From contig CAVWVI010000003.1 of NCBI GenBank assembly GCA_963758495.1, positions 608,001 through 672,000 of the forward strand: a stretch of DNA of 64,000 nucleotides, read 5' to 3'. Both the position numbers and the translations under genes were made by a program. Positions 1 through 8,724 of the stretch are shown here, piece by piece (position 1 is the first letter of the stretch; the number at the start of each line of letters is the position of its first letter). The DNA is from Oligoflexia bacterium (GTDB taxonomy: Bacteria > Bdellovibrionota > UBA1018). The notes below the pieces were generated by a model. That model saw only the letters and a list, made by a program, of their open reading frames with translations. It was not told the DNA's origin and ran no database searches.

Positions 1-94
1 CAGTGTCTTGAAGGTTTACCCACTACGAAAAGATATGAATCTTTGCGGGTCATTCAGGCTATCTTGTAGGATTAAGATTAATAAAACGGTGAAA

Positions 95-104
95 AAATGG
101 TGGA
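95..104. other. Putative distal att core (copy of tRNA-Ala 3' end)
   Basis: AAATGGTGGA identical to 6346-6355. Confidence 0.6.
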
Positions 105-127
105 CCACCTCTGACAAAGACGAAAAA

Positions 128-499
128 ATGCTCCACATTTGGTATCCTTCCGACATTATAGAGTTTTCTTGGATACCTCAGTACAAAAACGTGACGTTGC
201 TCCACCAAAAATATGTTGAGGAGAAGCGCACAACCGCCCAAATTGCCAAGGACTTCAAATGCTCCACAACTGTCATTAAGCACCATCTCGCCAAAGCGGG
301 TATCCCTCGCAGGAGAGGATCAGTCATCAGCCTCAGTAGTAAAAGGGCTATCAACCTGATCCTCGAATACAGCCGTCTCGGGATGAGCGGAAGAAAGATT
401 GCCGATGCACTCAATCAGATGGGATTCCCCCCGACAAAAAGGGCAAAAAGCTGGGGAAGGAATACGGTATACCTGATCCTGAAACAATACTCCAAGTAA
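128..499 (+). CDS. Small HTH / recombinase-domain-like DNA-binding protein
   Basis: TTAQIAKDFKCSTTVIKHHL HTH and C-terminal SGRKIADALNQMGFPPTKRAKSWGRNTVYLIL, matching the Recombinase-domain motif IA..LN..G......W....V..IL; ATG at 128 (frame open from window start). Confidence 0.65.
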   Translation: MLHIWYPSDIIEFSWIPQYKNVTLLHQKYVEEKRTTAQIAKDFKCSTTVIKHHLAKAGIPRRRGSVISLSSKRAINLILEYSRLGMSGRKIADALNQMGFPPTKRAKSWGRNTVYLILKQYSK

Positions 500-504
500 G
501 CCCA

Positions 505-534
505 AAGTGAGCCGTCAGAAATGGCGGCTCACTT
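505..534. terminator. Hairpin terminator between convergent genes
   Basis: AAGTGAGCCGTCA-GAAA-TGGCGGCTCACTT stem-loop. Confidence 0.7.
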
Positions 535-565
535 GATTTAGGTTAGCTAAATTGTGACACTGGAG

Positions 566-1125
566 CTATTGTCTGTGATTTCTATCCTGACGCGTCTTTG
601 CTTCTAGGTCGCGCATAGTTTGTAGATCGAGCCCTACCCCTTGATTAGAAAGCTGTTTCAGCATGAGGTAAAAAGAATAGCCGGTCCAATGTAAACAGGT
701 TCGTCCATACACTAAGTCTTCATACATAGCTCTGAAACTGATCCCTAGTGTATGGATCTGATCAAGTTGAGCCTTTTCTTGATCAGGAAGGGAAGAATAT
801 ACCTGACTAAATTTCTCAATCGCAGTATTCGATTTTGTCTTCGCAGAGGATTGATCTAGGTCTTGGTCAGCACAAAGCCCAATAGCTAGTTCCGCAATTG
901 CATTTAAAGTACCTAGCGTAAGCTTAGGCAGTGACTCTAGATCCCGTAAATCTGAACACAACTGAGATGGGTGATTTACAATGATTTGAATATCTTCATC
1001 TGAAAAACGGCGGCTAGGCTCATACGGATTTGTAAATGCTTTTACAGTGAGTAAGCATTTTTTAAGCTCGCGAATGTCGTAGCATCTCCCATCTTGACCT
1101 TGAAGAAAAAGTCTTTGGGTATCTC
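566..1125 (-). CDS. Hypothetical; probably frameshifted C-terminal part of the peptidase-ankyrin gene
   Basis: Frame of ORF 566..961 stays open upstream to ~1125 (QGQDGRCYDIRELKKCLL...FTNPYEP) with no good start. Confidence 0.45.
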
Positions 1126-2813
1126 TAGAACAGGCACGCTTTCAAAAAGAGTTTCATCGTTTCTACAGACTGTTTAGGTTCAGACTCTATCTTAACGTCA
1201 GATAAAAAGGCTACAGGCGGGCGAATCCGAACTTCCGAAGCCAGTGCCTCGTCGATAAGTTCTATAATCCGGGGATTTTTAGACTCCTCTGCAAAATCGC
1301 TCACGGTAGCGGCACTTTTGTTTTGAACGTGTGGATCTGCATTAAGGGCAAGCAAAGCTTCAGTAATACCTACGTCTCCCCCTTGCGCCGCAAACATCAA
1401 CGTCGTACTGCCATATTGCAAATCTTGAAAGTTAACGGGCACTCCTCTTTTGACGAGATCAAGTGCCGCGCCTAATTTCTTGCTCCCCAAAGCAAAGTGA
1501 ATTGTCAGTTTTCCACCATTCATAGCGTAGAGATCGGCACCGGCATGCTGAAGTTCTAGGATAGCATCCACATTCCCTTGCTGTGCAGCAAACATCAAAG
1601 GGGTAGATAAATGTTGTCTGTGTCGATAGTTAACGAGATCAGGCACTTGTCGAATCCAGTCCATTACTTTGTTGAAATCTCCTACATCTAAAGCCTTGTC
1701 CAACTCTTTTTCTTGGATTGATTTTTCTTGAATTGATCCCTTCCAGTCGTCAAGTTGAACTATTGTGGGTCGTCCTCCAAGTAGAAAAACCTTTGCAACA
1801 TCTACGGCTGCCGAAGTGACTTGAGTGGCAAAATCAAAGTTCAAGGTTGCCTCTGTATCGAAGTTAGTATGGTAATAAGGGTTTCTGCGTTCAGCACCGT
1901 TAAACAGCAAAAGAGCAGGAAATTCATTTTCTTCGAAACTGACATGGTCTGAGCGGTTCCATCGAGCACCCCAGTCGTAAGCTTTTAATTTGCGATGCAA
2001 AGCCATCTGCATGAATGTAAGTCGAAGTGCTCTAGATGCTGGATTAGTGACAAAAGCAATATGGTCCGTAAAAGAACTTTCGGGATTTCTACCTGTATAA
2101 CCAATCATTTCGAAGACAATGCTGGATACGATAGTATCGCCACGCTTTCGAGCTTCCTTTAAATAAGCTTTTGATCCGACCATGAAATCTTCCTCTTGAT
2201 CCCAGAGAGCTAATTTCAATGTCCGACCCGATTTTTGTTTGGCGAGGAGTCGTGCGCTTTCCAAAACCGCCGCTATTCCACTCGCATTATCATCAGCCCC
2301 AGGAGAAGTCGGTACAGAATCATAGTGGGCAGATAGCCAGACCTGTTCGTTTGGCAAATCACTGCCTTTCAGGGTAGCAATGATATTCGTTCCTGTTGAA
2401 TACTTGTGAAGTTCCACCTCATAACCCAGAGATTCAAGAAAGCTCACACAATACTGTTGTACATACTGCCAGTGAGGTGAGTTTTTTGTGCGAACACCTG
2501 TAACTTCACTTACTAATTTTCGATATTGGACAGGATCAGCGACTGTATTTTTACTTTCTACTGGATTGTGAAGGTCAAAAATAGTCAAATGCGGCAACAA
2601 GTAGGGACCAACCGGATCATAACTTTGCTCACTTAACTTCAATACTTTAGGCGTTGGAGGTGGCATTACCGTTGGAGGTGGCATTACTGTTGGTGCTTTT
2701 TTATAATTCCCCTGCTTAGAGCGACCCTGTCCATAGGAGGACTGCGCTTGAAGAGCCAAAGCAATAACAAATAAAACGACTAAGTTTTTAACGGCATAAT
2801 CGAGGCGTATCAT
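1125..2813 (-). CDS. Secreted M28 family metallopeptidase with C-terminal ankyrin repeats
   Basis: Signal-like N-terminus; SAHYD, GADDNASG, QEE, FEMIG, RSDH, YHT motifs; ankyrin repeats TPLMFAAQQGN and TTLMFAAQGGD. Confidence 0.85.
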   Translation of the reverse strand: MIRLDYAVKNLVVLFVIALALQAQSSYGQGRSKQGNYKKAPTVMPPPTVMPPPTPKVLKLSEQSYDPVGPYLLPHLTIFDLHNPVESKNTVADPVQYRKLVSEVTGVRTKNSPHWQYVQQYCVSFLESLGYEVELHKYSTGTNIIATLKGSDLPNEQVWLSAHYDSVPTSPGADDNASGIAAVLESARLLAKQKSGRTLKLALWDQEEDFMVGSKAYLKEARKRGDTIVSSIVFEMIGYTGRNPESSFTDHIAFVTNPASRALRLTFMQMALHRKLKAYDWGARWNRSDHVSFEENEFPALLLFNGAERRNPYYHTNFDTEATLNFDFATQVTSAAVDVAKVFLLGGRPTIVQLDDWKGSIQEKSIQEKELDKALDVGDFNKVMDWIRQVPDLVNYRHRQHLSTPLMFAAQQGNVDAILELQHAGADLYAMNGGKLTIHFALGSKKLGAALDLVKRGVPVNFQDLQYGSTTLMFAAQGGDVGITEALLALNADPHVQNKSAATVSDFAEESKNPRIIELIDEALASEVRIRPPVAFLSDVKIESEPKQSVETMKLFLKACLF

Positions 2814-2917
2814 TACAAATAAATAACAACAGGTGTCAAACCAAACCATTTGGTCACTTAACATTTTTCAGTCACCACAGACTCGACCGGAGTAAACAGC
2901 AGGATTACTCCAAATCC

Positions 2918-3619
2918 TTACACAATATCTTCCGTCTTGATGTCACTCTTGATGGAGAACTTCTTGAGTTTGAGGGAGGCGATCTGGCTCGCGGCATTCA
3001 CAAAGGCAGGGGTGAAATCATGAGCCATCACGATAACACGAAAGCGATCTCCAACCGTCTTTCTTATCTCTGCCATCTTGGAAACCAGTCCACCGAATGT
3101 AGTTTCATGGAGTGTGCCGCTCTTGATCTCAACCAGAGTAATCCTCCCGCTGGTGTCTTTGCACCAAATATCAAAGTCCGCACCCACTTCAGATGGAGGC
3201 TCCACTATCCGAAGTCCTTTCTCGATTTTGTCGAGGTCATTCTTAGCGGCGGAAGCCAAATCAACTGCTAGGGCAATCCCTTTCTCCATGCGGAAAGAGT
3301 CGGGTACAGACCGAATCCCTTTCCAAAGTGCGGTCTTTGCCAGCGCAAACAGGATGTCGAGCACTTGATCTTGCGGAAGACTGTCATTCTCTGCAATCAC
3401 TTCCACCTTTCGCTCTAAAGCCTCCAATAACTCAACATTTTTGGCGGTGATTTCGTTTCTCTCGTTTGTCCAGTTCATGACTGAAGTGGGATTCACCCCC
3501 AGAAGGGTAGCGAGTTTGCGCACGGATAAGTGATTTCGGTGCATAAAACTTTTGACGTATTCCTGCGCGTTTTTGATCTTTTTCACGATTCTCACTATAA
3601 CATTTACTATACCATTCAA
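2918..3619 (-). CDS. XRE-type HTH regulator fused to PD-(D/E)XK (NucS-like) nuclease domain
   Basis: LSVRKLATLLGVNPTSVMNW HTH; DFDIWCKD...LVEIKSG nuclease motif. Confidence 0.7.
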   Translation of the reverse strand: MNGIVNVIVRIVKKIKNAQEYVKSFMHRNHLSVRKLATLLGVNPTSVMNWTNERNEITAKNVELLEALERKVEVIAENDSLPQDQVLDILFALAKTALWKGIRSVPDSFRMEKGIALAVDLASAAKNDLDKIEKGLRIVEPPSEVGADFDIWCKDTSGRITLVEIKSGTLHETTFGGLVSKMAEIRKTVGDRFRVIVMAHDFTPAFVNAASQIASLKLKKFSIKSDIKTEDIV

Positions 3620-3628
3620 TATAACAAG

Positions 3629-3706
3629 TTCATACGAAAATAGGTGAAATCAGACACATAAACTTACTCTTATTTACACACTAATATACTTTCATACGAT
3701 TTATGA
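3629..3706. promoter_or_regulatory. Candidate operator sites in divergent promoter region
   Basis: TTCATACGA repeated at 3629 and 3691; second copy forms inverted repeat TCATA-N5-TATGA. Confidence 0.35.
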
Positions 3707-3743
3707 TGGACTTTTATTTAACACTTGAGCTAATCTCTTTAGT

Positions 3744-4208
3744 ATGAGTGCCTGTAAAGTAAACTCGCATAAGGGCGAGTCAGACAGGGCTGTTCATAAA
3801 CTTTGTACGAAATGTAACCGTAAACAGCCCCTTAACTTGTTCTACACAAAGGGAAAAGATCGTAAGGGCAAGGTCCGACACGATCCCCTTTGCAAAAAAT
3901 GTAAGCTCGCACTTCGAGCGCGGAACGCCGAAAAACTTCGGCTTGTGCGACCACGGTCAGCACCCCAGAAAAAGATCAATCTCCGATCCTGTGGATTCGT
4001 CGAGATCGTCAATCAACTTGGCGCGTACCTGCCTAGCCAAATCAGGACATGCCTCACAAACCTCACTCACGAGGTTGTTTTTAGTTCACGACCACCTGAC
4101 GATACAGACCTGACCCTGAGTTCCGCCTTACGAGAGGAAGGAACTCATGAACCAGAAGCCATCACGGAAAATCCTGCTATTCAAGAAGCGGGTTCAAAAA
4201 CTCGTTGA
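3744..4208 (+). CDS. Basic Cys4 zinc-finger protein
   Basis: CTKC-x25-CKKC; first gene of the operon leading to the recombinase. Confidence 0.55.
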   Translation: MSACKVNSHKGESDRAVHKLCTKCNRKQPLNLFYTKGKDRKGKVRHDPLCKKCKLALRARNAEKLRLVRPRSAPQKKINLRSCGFVEIVNQLGAYLPSQIRTCLTNLTHEVVFSSRPPDDTDLTLSSALREEGTHEPEAITENPAIQEAGSKTR

Positions 4209-4652
4209 AGGTCGGGACTATTCTTCACAGCCGATCCTTGGGCTTGATGCGATAAGAGGACGATCCGGGTTTTACAAGATCAATCCTCAAGAAGTCTTCA
4301 TTCTGAACGACATCTTCTCCCGCTTCGTCGCGCTCGGTGGAAATTTCGACAAACTACTCGGCTACTGTCGCCGAAGGAAGTACACCACCAAAATCCAATC
4401 CTACCAATGTTCGAGGAAACTCGTTTCAAAGAAGACGGGCGGAAACCATGTCCCGCGCCTATCTTTGGAGCTACTCACCAATACAAAGATTTTTGGCTAT
4501 GGCTCGATCATCGACCATGATGACGTTTTTTCTGATCTGCAAAAAGAAGGGAAGCGTCTGGTTTTACCACTCGCACATGGTTGTGTGATTGATCCGCCTT
4601 AGCTGAAAAAGTCAGAGCAATTCTGCTCGATCAATTCAACATAACACTCTAA
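4147..4652 (+). CDS. Stand-alone recombinase-domain paralog of the downstream LSR (probable frameshift near 4598)
   Basis: PILGLD...GFYKINPQE...IFSRF aligns with LSR PVLGLD...GFYVINKEE...IFSLF; alternate frame LAEKVRAILLD continues the alignment to TAA at 4650-4652. Confidence 0.65.
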
Positions 4653-4665
4653 CAAAGGAGAAACT

Positions 4666-6413
4666 ATGAGTGTAGGACCGAAAGAACTGATGAGAAGACT
4701 GCTTAAACGTGCAGATAGACGACTGTATTTCGCTGCGATTGTCCGTGTTTCAACACAAAGGCAGGGCAATGTGCTTCACGGCTCAAAAGAACAGCAAAAC
4801 CACTTTATCGACAACTACCTTGCAGACTAGAAAAGCAATTGAACTGCAAAATCATCCTTTCAAAAAGAGTGGTGGAAGAAATGAGCGGAGGTGAAGACTC
4901 CATTATCCATAGAACAGAACTTCTTGAGGTCATGAAACTGATGGAAGCGGGGTATCTGGATGGAATCATTTACGAAAAGTTGGACCGCCTTTCCCGAGAT
5001 CAGGAGTTCAATATCCGCATCCTAAAAACCGCGCAGAAAGCCAACTGTGCCATCGTTCAGGTGAACAAGGGATTCATTGATCTGAAGCAACGCTCCGATC
5101 GTCTAGGTGTCACGCTGGAAAATGTAGTTGCAGAGGACTATCGTTTTGAACTTCAGGAGAAGGTTCAAAAGAAAACCCGTGCCGCTCGCGTGAACAACGG
5201 CAAGGATAACAGCACCACTCCTGTCCTCGGATTGGACCCGCACCCGACGCAAGCAGGTTTTTATGTCATCAACAAAGAGGAACAAAAGATGGTGACCGAA
5301 ATCTTCTCCCTCTTTGCAAGAACCTCAAGTTACGACGCGGTTGTGAAATACTGCCAAGAAAAAGGGTACAGGAGCAAGACCCGCATGACGAAAGAGAAGA
5401 TCGACAAAGAGGGGAACCGTGTGGCACCGCGAATGATCGGGGGAAAGCCAATTACCCCCACTATCTATTACGATCTGTTTAAGAATAAGAAAATTCGAGG
5501 TATCGGACGATTCAAAGATGATTGGGAACAATACCCCGACAAGCAGGATGTAAATGGTATAGTCCATTACAAGTTCCGCCACGACCCCGTGGTTCCTCCT
5601 GAATTGACCGTACAGGTTGATGCTGTACTTGAACGAATTGCCAAAGAACACGTGAAATACGGGAAGTTCGTGTACTTACTTCTGGTATATTCTTCACGAG
5701 TGACGGAAAGCGAATGAAGGGGACTGGAGGAAACAATATTGAAAACGGTCGATACAGGTACTATTCAAACTCCACCCTCAAACAAAGCATTCCAAAAGAT
5801 GAGATCGAAGCCCTCATCATCAAACGGATCAAGCACTATCTCGCCAACAGCGGGACCGTTGCATCAGCTTCTCGAAGAGACTCTGAAGAACAAGCACTCC
5901 TTTGTACCCATGTTCGAGGAGCAAATCCGAGAAGCCCAAATCAAAATGGATGAGGCGAGACTTGCCATCGATAAGTTCTCAGACACAATCCAAGCTGCGG
6001 TTTTGGATAAAACACAAAATCTCACCGAAGTTTGTAAGGTCATGCTGGAGGAAAAGACCAAAGCTCAAGCGACCGTGGAAAAGCTCGATGCGGAGATCAG
6101 GGAACTGGAACGGAAGAAGATTATCGCAAAGGACCGGTTTGAGAACTCCACACTACCCGACTTCTTGCAGAGGACCGTTCAGCATTTTGAAAAATTGCCT
6201 GATACTGAGAAAAAGAAGATCATCCAAACGATCATCGCTCGTATCGTGATTGACCCTGCCAAACCTGAAAAAATTGAATTGCTGATTAACCCGGACCCTG
6301 AAGGCTCACCGTTGGTAAGGTGGAGCATAAATTCTATTAAGTCAGAAATGGTGGAGCTGATCGGAGTCGAACCGACGACCCCCTGCTTGCAAAGCAGGTG
6401 CTCTACCAATTGA
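4666..6413 (+). pseudogene. Large serine recombinase, split by three frameshifts (~4820, ~5680, ~5853); real decay or sequencing indels
   Basis: AAGGAG RBS + ATG 4666; catalytic VRVSTQRQ, IIYEKLDRLSRD; recombinase domain; YLLSG...YRYY; coiled coil; C-terminus overlaps the tRNA antisense. Confidence 0.85.
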
Positions 6414-6424
6414 GCTACAGCCCC
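6349..6424 (-). tRNA. tRNA-Ala(UGC)
   Basis: GGGGCTGTAGCTCAATTGGTAGAGCACCTGCTTTGCAAGCAGGGGGTCGTCGGTTCGACTCCGATCAGCTCCACCA; G3:U70 pair, CCA encoded. Confidence 0.97.
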
Positions 6425-6571
6425 ACTGTACGAATGGTATTTATTGAGCGCCCTCATCTTTACGAAATCTCGAGCCATTTAGCAAATGTAAAGTTACAAA
6501 TTTTTCATCTTATTTTCAGCCTCATCGTCAGCCTATGGATTAGAAAACGCATTATGTGATAGATAGTCATC

Positions 6572-6898
6572 ATGTCAGCATTAACTATCGAGAATTACAG
6601 CAAAGGCTTTTTAATTGATGATGAACTCATGGCAGGTATCACATCAAATCCAGAAAATCCGGGTACTTATGTTGCTTTTGTACTACAACACACCACCGGA
6701 GAATACTTAGGTTATCAGCCCTTCTCTGATCTTCCTACTGCCCTTCAATCCCTCAATCAAATTCCCCGATCTTGGGCATTTGAGCAAGCAGGCGGTTGCG
6801 GAGGGGGCTGTAAGGAAGGGGGGTCTTGCTCAAAAGGAAGCTGTGGAACCCAAAAATGTAACAAAGGGGCTTGCTCCGTCCTCACTCCCAAAACCTAA
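6572..6898 (+). CDS. Hypothetical protein with Cys/Gly-rich C-terminus
   Basis: 108-aa ORF; GGCGGGCKEGGSCSKGSCGTQKCNKGAC tail. Confidence 0.7.
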   Translation: MSALTIENYSKGFLIDDELMAGITSNPENPGTYVAFVLQHTTGEYLGYQPFSDLPTALQSLNQIPRSWAFEQAGGCGGGCKEGGSCSKGSCGTQKCNKGACSVLTPKT

Positions 6899-6932
6899 TT
6901 ATTTTTTAACCAAAACTCTTCCTTCGCGGCAA

Positions 6933-7139
6933 GTACGTAGTTCCTTTAGGGCTGTTGACAAGCACTGAAAGGAGTCCTGTTGCGCCATAAAGATTAAATA
7001 AGTAGTTCCTTTAGGGTTGTTGGTAAGAACAGTGAGAAGTCTGTTGCGCCGTAAAGATTTGGATTCCCGGCGCAACAAGACTTCTTACTGTTCTTATGAT
7101 TTGAATTCCCGGCGCAATAGGACTCCTTTCAGTGCTTAC
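6933..7139 (+). mobile_element. Palindromic MITE-like element (outer copy) with second copy nested in its loop
   Basis: GTACGTAGTTCCTTTAGGGCTGTTGACAAGCACTGAAAGGAGTCCTGTTGCGCC ... GGCGCAATAGGACTCCTTTCAGTGCTTAC. Confidence 0.85.
6998..7097 (+). mobile_element. Palindromic MITE-like element (inner nested copy)
   Basis: ATAAGTAGTTCCTTTAGGG...GTTCTTAT, flanked by GATTAA / GATTTGAA (degenerate duplication of outer loop). Confidence 0.8.
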
Positions 7140-7833
7140 CTTTGATGAGCTCTGCACAATTTAAGTACCGATTTAATGTCTGGTACGCTTGGTTTCCAGA
7201 AAGATAGAATAAAAGAAGAAACAAACCTAAACCTACAAACTGAGAAAAATCATTAGAAGAAGTCTCTACCCATCCAAGCAAAGATGTCTTTACCCACGTC
7301 ATCTTTTCTTCACCGTCCATAAGTGAATCAATTCCTTGCATGAGCAAAAAAAACACAGCCCCCGCCAAAGCAGTCAAATACTTAGTCCGGTTCTGCATGG
7401 CTTGTAAGTCCATTTTGAAACTCGCGATAACCCATTCCCACTGATCAGCAGAGGCAGGAATTAAACGTGCCATCTCTTCGGAGACGCGCTCTCGCCATAA
7501 GCCTTCCTTTAAAGGTTGCTCCAGCATGGCCGCCCCCCCTCCTCTGCGGAAAAGACCGGGCACTTGAGCAAGAACCTCAATACTTAATATATAGATAGAA
7601 TAGAAAATCGGAACTACAAGAATTAACCAATCTAAATAGTTTCTAAAAGTTCTTGGAATAACCCTCAGCTTTACAAGAATCAGAAGAATAATGGACATCA
7701 GCACTGGCAGGAAAAAACACCAGAAAAAGACATTCAACATTCGTCGATTGACGCGATTTCTTTCTTTTTGAATATCTTCGGCAATAAAATGAATAAAACT
7801 TTTATAGAGTTCTTGTCGATTTAACCCCTGCAT
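7129..7833 (-). CDS. Hypothetical membrane protein (about 4 TM)
   Basis: Hydrophobic segments; last codons and stop lie within the repeat element. Confidence 0.75.
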   Translation of the reverse strand: MQGLNRQELYKSFIHFIAEDIQKERNRVNRRMLNVFFWCFFLPVLMSIILLILVKLRVIPRTFRNYLDWLILVVPIFYSIYILSIEVLAQVPGLFRRGGGAAMLEQPLKEGLWRERVSEEMARLIPASADQWEWVIASFKMDLQAMQNRTKYLTALAGAVFFLLMQGIDSLMDGEEKMTWVKTSLLGWVETSSNDFSQFVGLGLFLLLFYLSGNQAYQTLNRYLNCAELIKGKH

Positions 7834-7859
7834 TAACTCTATTCTACGTGGTCTCTCCG

Positions 7860-7898
7860 TTATGGGTAAATAATTTTTTATAAATTATTTACCCATAA
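7860..7898. repeat. AT-rich perfect inverted repeat (17-bp arms)
   Basis: TTATGGGTAAATAATTT-N5-AAATTATTTACCCATAA. Confidence 0.75.
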
Positions 7899-7914
7899 TG
7901 GGTGGCCATCCATC

Positions 7915-8724
7915 TTAAGAGGTGACCACAACTTCCCGCAAACGTAGAATTGAACGTGATTTTCCAGTTGATTCATCGATATCAATAATAACAGCACCAT
8001 AACCACCTGGCCCCTCTGCGGGCTCATACCGAACAGGGCGTTTTGTAAGGAATTTTTGAATAGAAATCTCTTTTTTCACGCCAATCACTGAGTCAAAACA
8101 TCCACACATTCCAACATCTGTAATTGCAGCGGTACCTCTAGGCAAAATTCTCTCATCGGCAGTTTGTACATGAGAATGGCTTCCAACCACCGCACTTGCC
8201 TTACCATCCATAAAGTAAGCAAATGCTTGTTTTTCAGAAGAAGCCTCACCATGGAAGTCGATTAAAATACTTTGAATTCCTAATTCATCTAGACGATCGA
8301 CCTCTCGCTCAGCAGCTCGGAAGGGACAATCTAATGCATCCATGAATACTCTACCCATGACTTGAACGACTCCCAATCTCAGCCCTGAACGCTTGCGCGA
8401 CTCCACGACAGTCACACCTCGCCCCGGAGCCCTAAATGATGGGTGATCAGGATAGTTCGCAGGACGAAGAATTCGTGTGCTTGTTGCCATAAAAGGAATA
8501 ATTTGTCTCTGATCCCACGCATGATTTCCTGTAGTAATCACGTCCACACCCAGATCAAAAAACTCTTCCGCCATTTCAGGAAGAATTCCATTTCCATGAG
8601 CAAAATTTTCACCATTGACCACAATAAAATCGATTTGATATTGAGAAGCCAATTTCGCAATAGCAATCTTTACAGCTTCACGACCTGGACGCCCAAATGT
8701 ATCACCAAAATAAAGAACTTTCAT
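7915..8724 (-). CDS. ymdB: YmdB-family metallophosphoesterase
   Basis: GDTFGRPGR, NGEN, TTGNHAWD, DFHGEASSEK, GSHSHVQTAD; downstream of rny. Confidence 0.92.
   Translation of the reverse strand: MKVLYFGDTFGRPGREAVKIAIAKLASQYQIDFIVVNGENFAHGNGILPEMAEEFFDLGVDVITTGNHAWDQRQIIPFMATSTRILRPANYPDHPSFRAPGRGVTVVESRKRSGLRLGVVQVMGRVFMDALDCPFRAAEREVDRLDELGIQSILIDFHGEASSEKQAFAYFMDGKASAVVGSHSHVQTADERILPRGTAAITDVGMCGCFDSVIGVKKEISIQKFLTKRPVRYEPAEGPGGYGAVIIDIDESTGKSRSILRLREVVVTS

Larger units (their letters stand above)
95..6355. mobile_element. Integrative element inserted at tRNA-Ala 3' end, large-serine-recombinase type (~6.3 kb)
   Basis: Direct repeat AAATGGTGGA at 95-104 and 6346-6355 (reverse complement of tRNA 3' end TCCACCA+TTT); LSR gene abuts the tRNA; regulator and cargo genes in between. 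Confidence 0.7.

Noticed and set aside
4815..5870. Programmed ribosomal frameshifting in the recombinase
   Set aside because: Three or more shifts in different directions with no slippery heptamers; error or decay is simpler
6179..6478. 99-aa minus-strand ORF
   Set aside because: Translation of the tRNA-Ala sequence and recombinase antisense
6933..7139. Repeat cluster as a CRISPR array
   Set aside because: No regular repeat-spacer period and no cas genes; explained by nested dispersed palindromic elements
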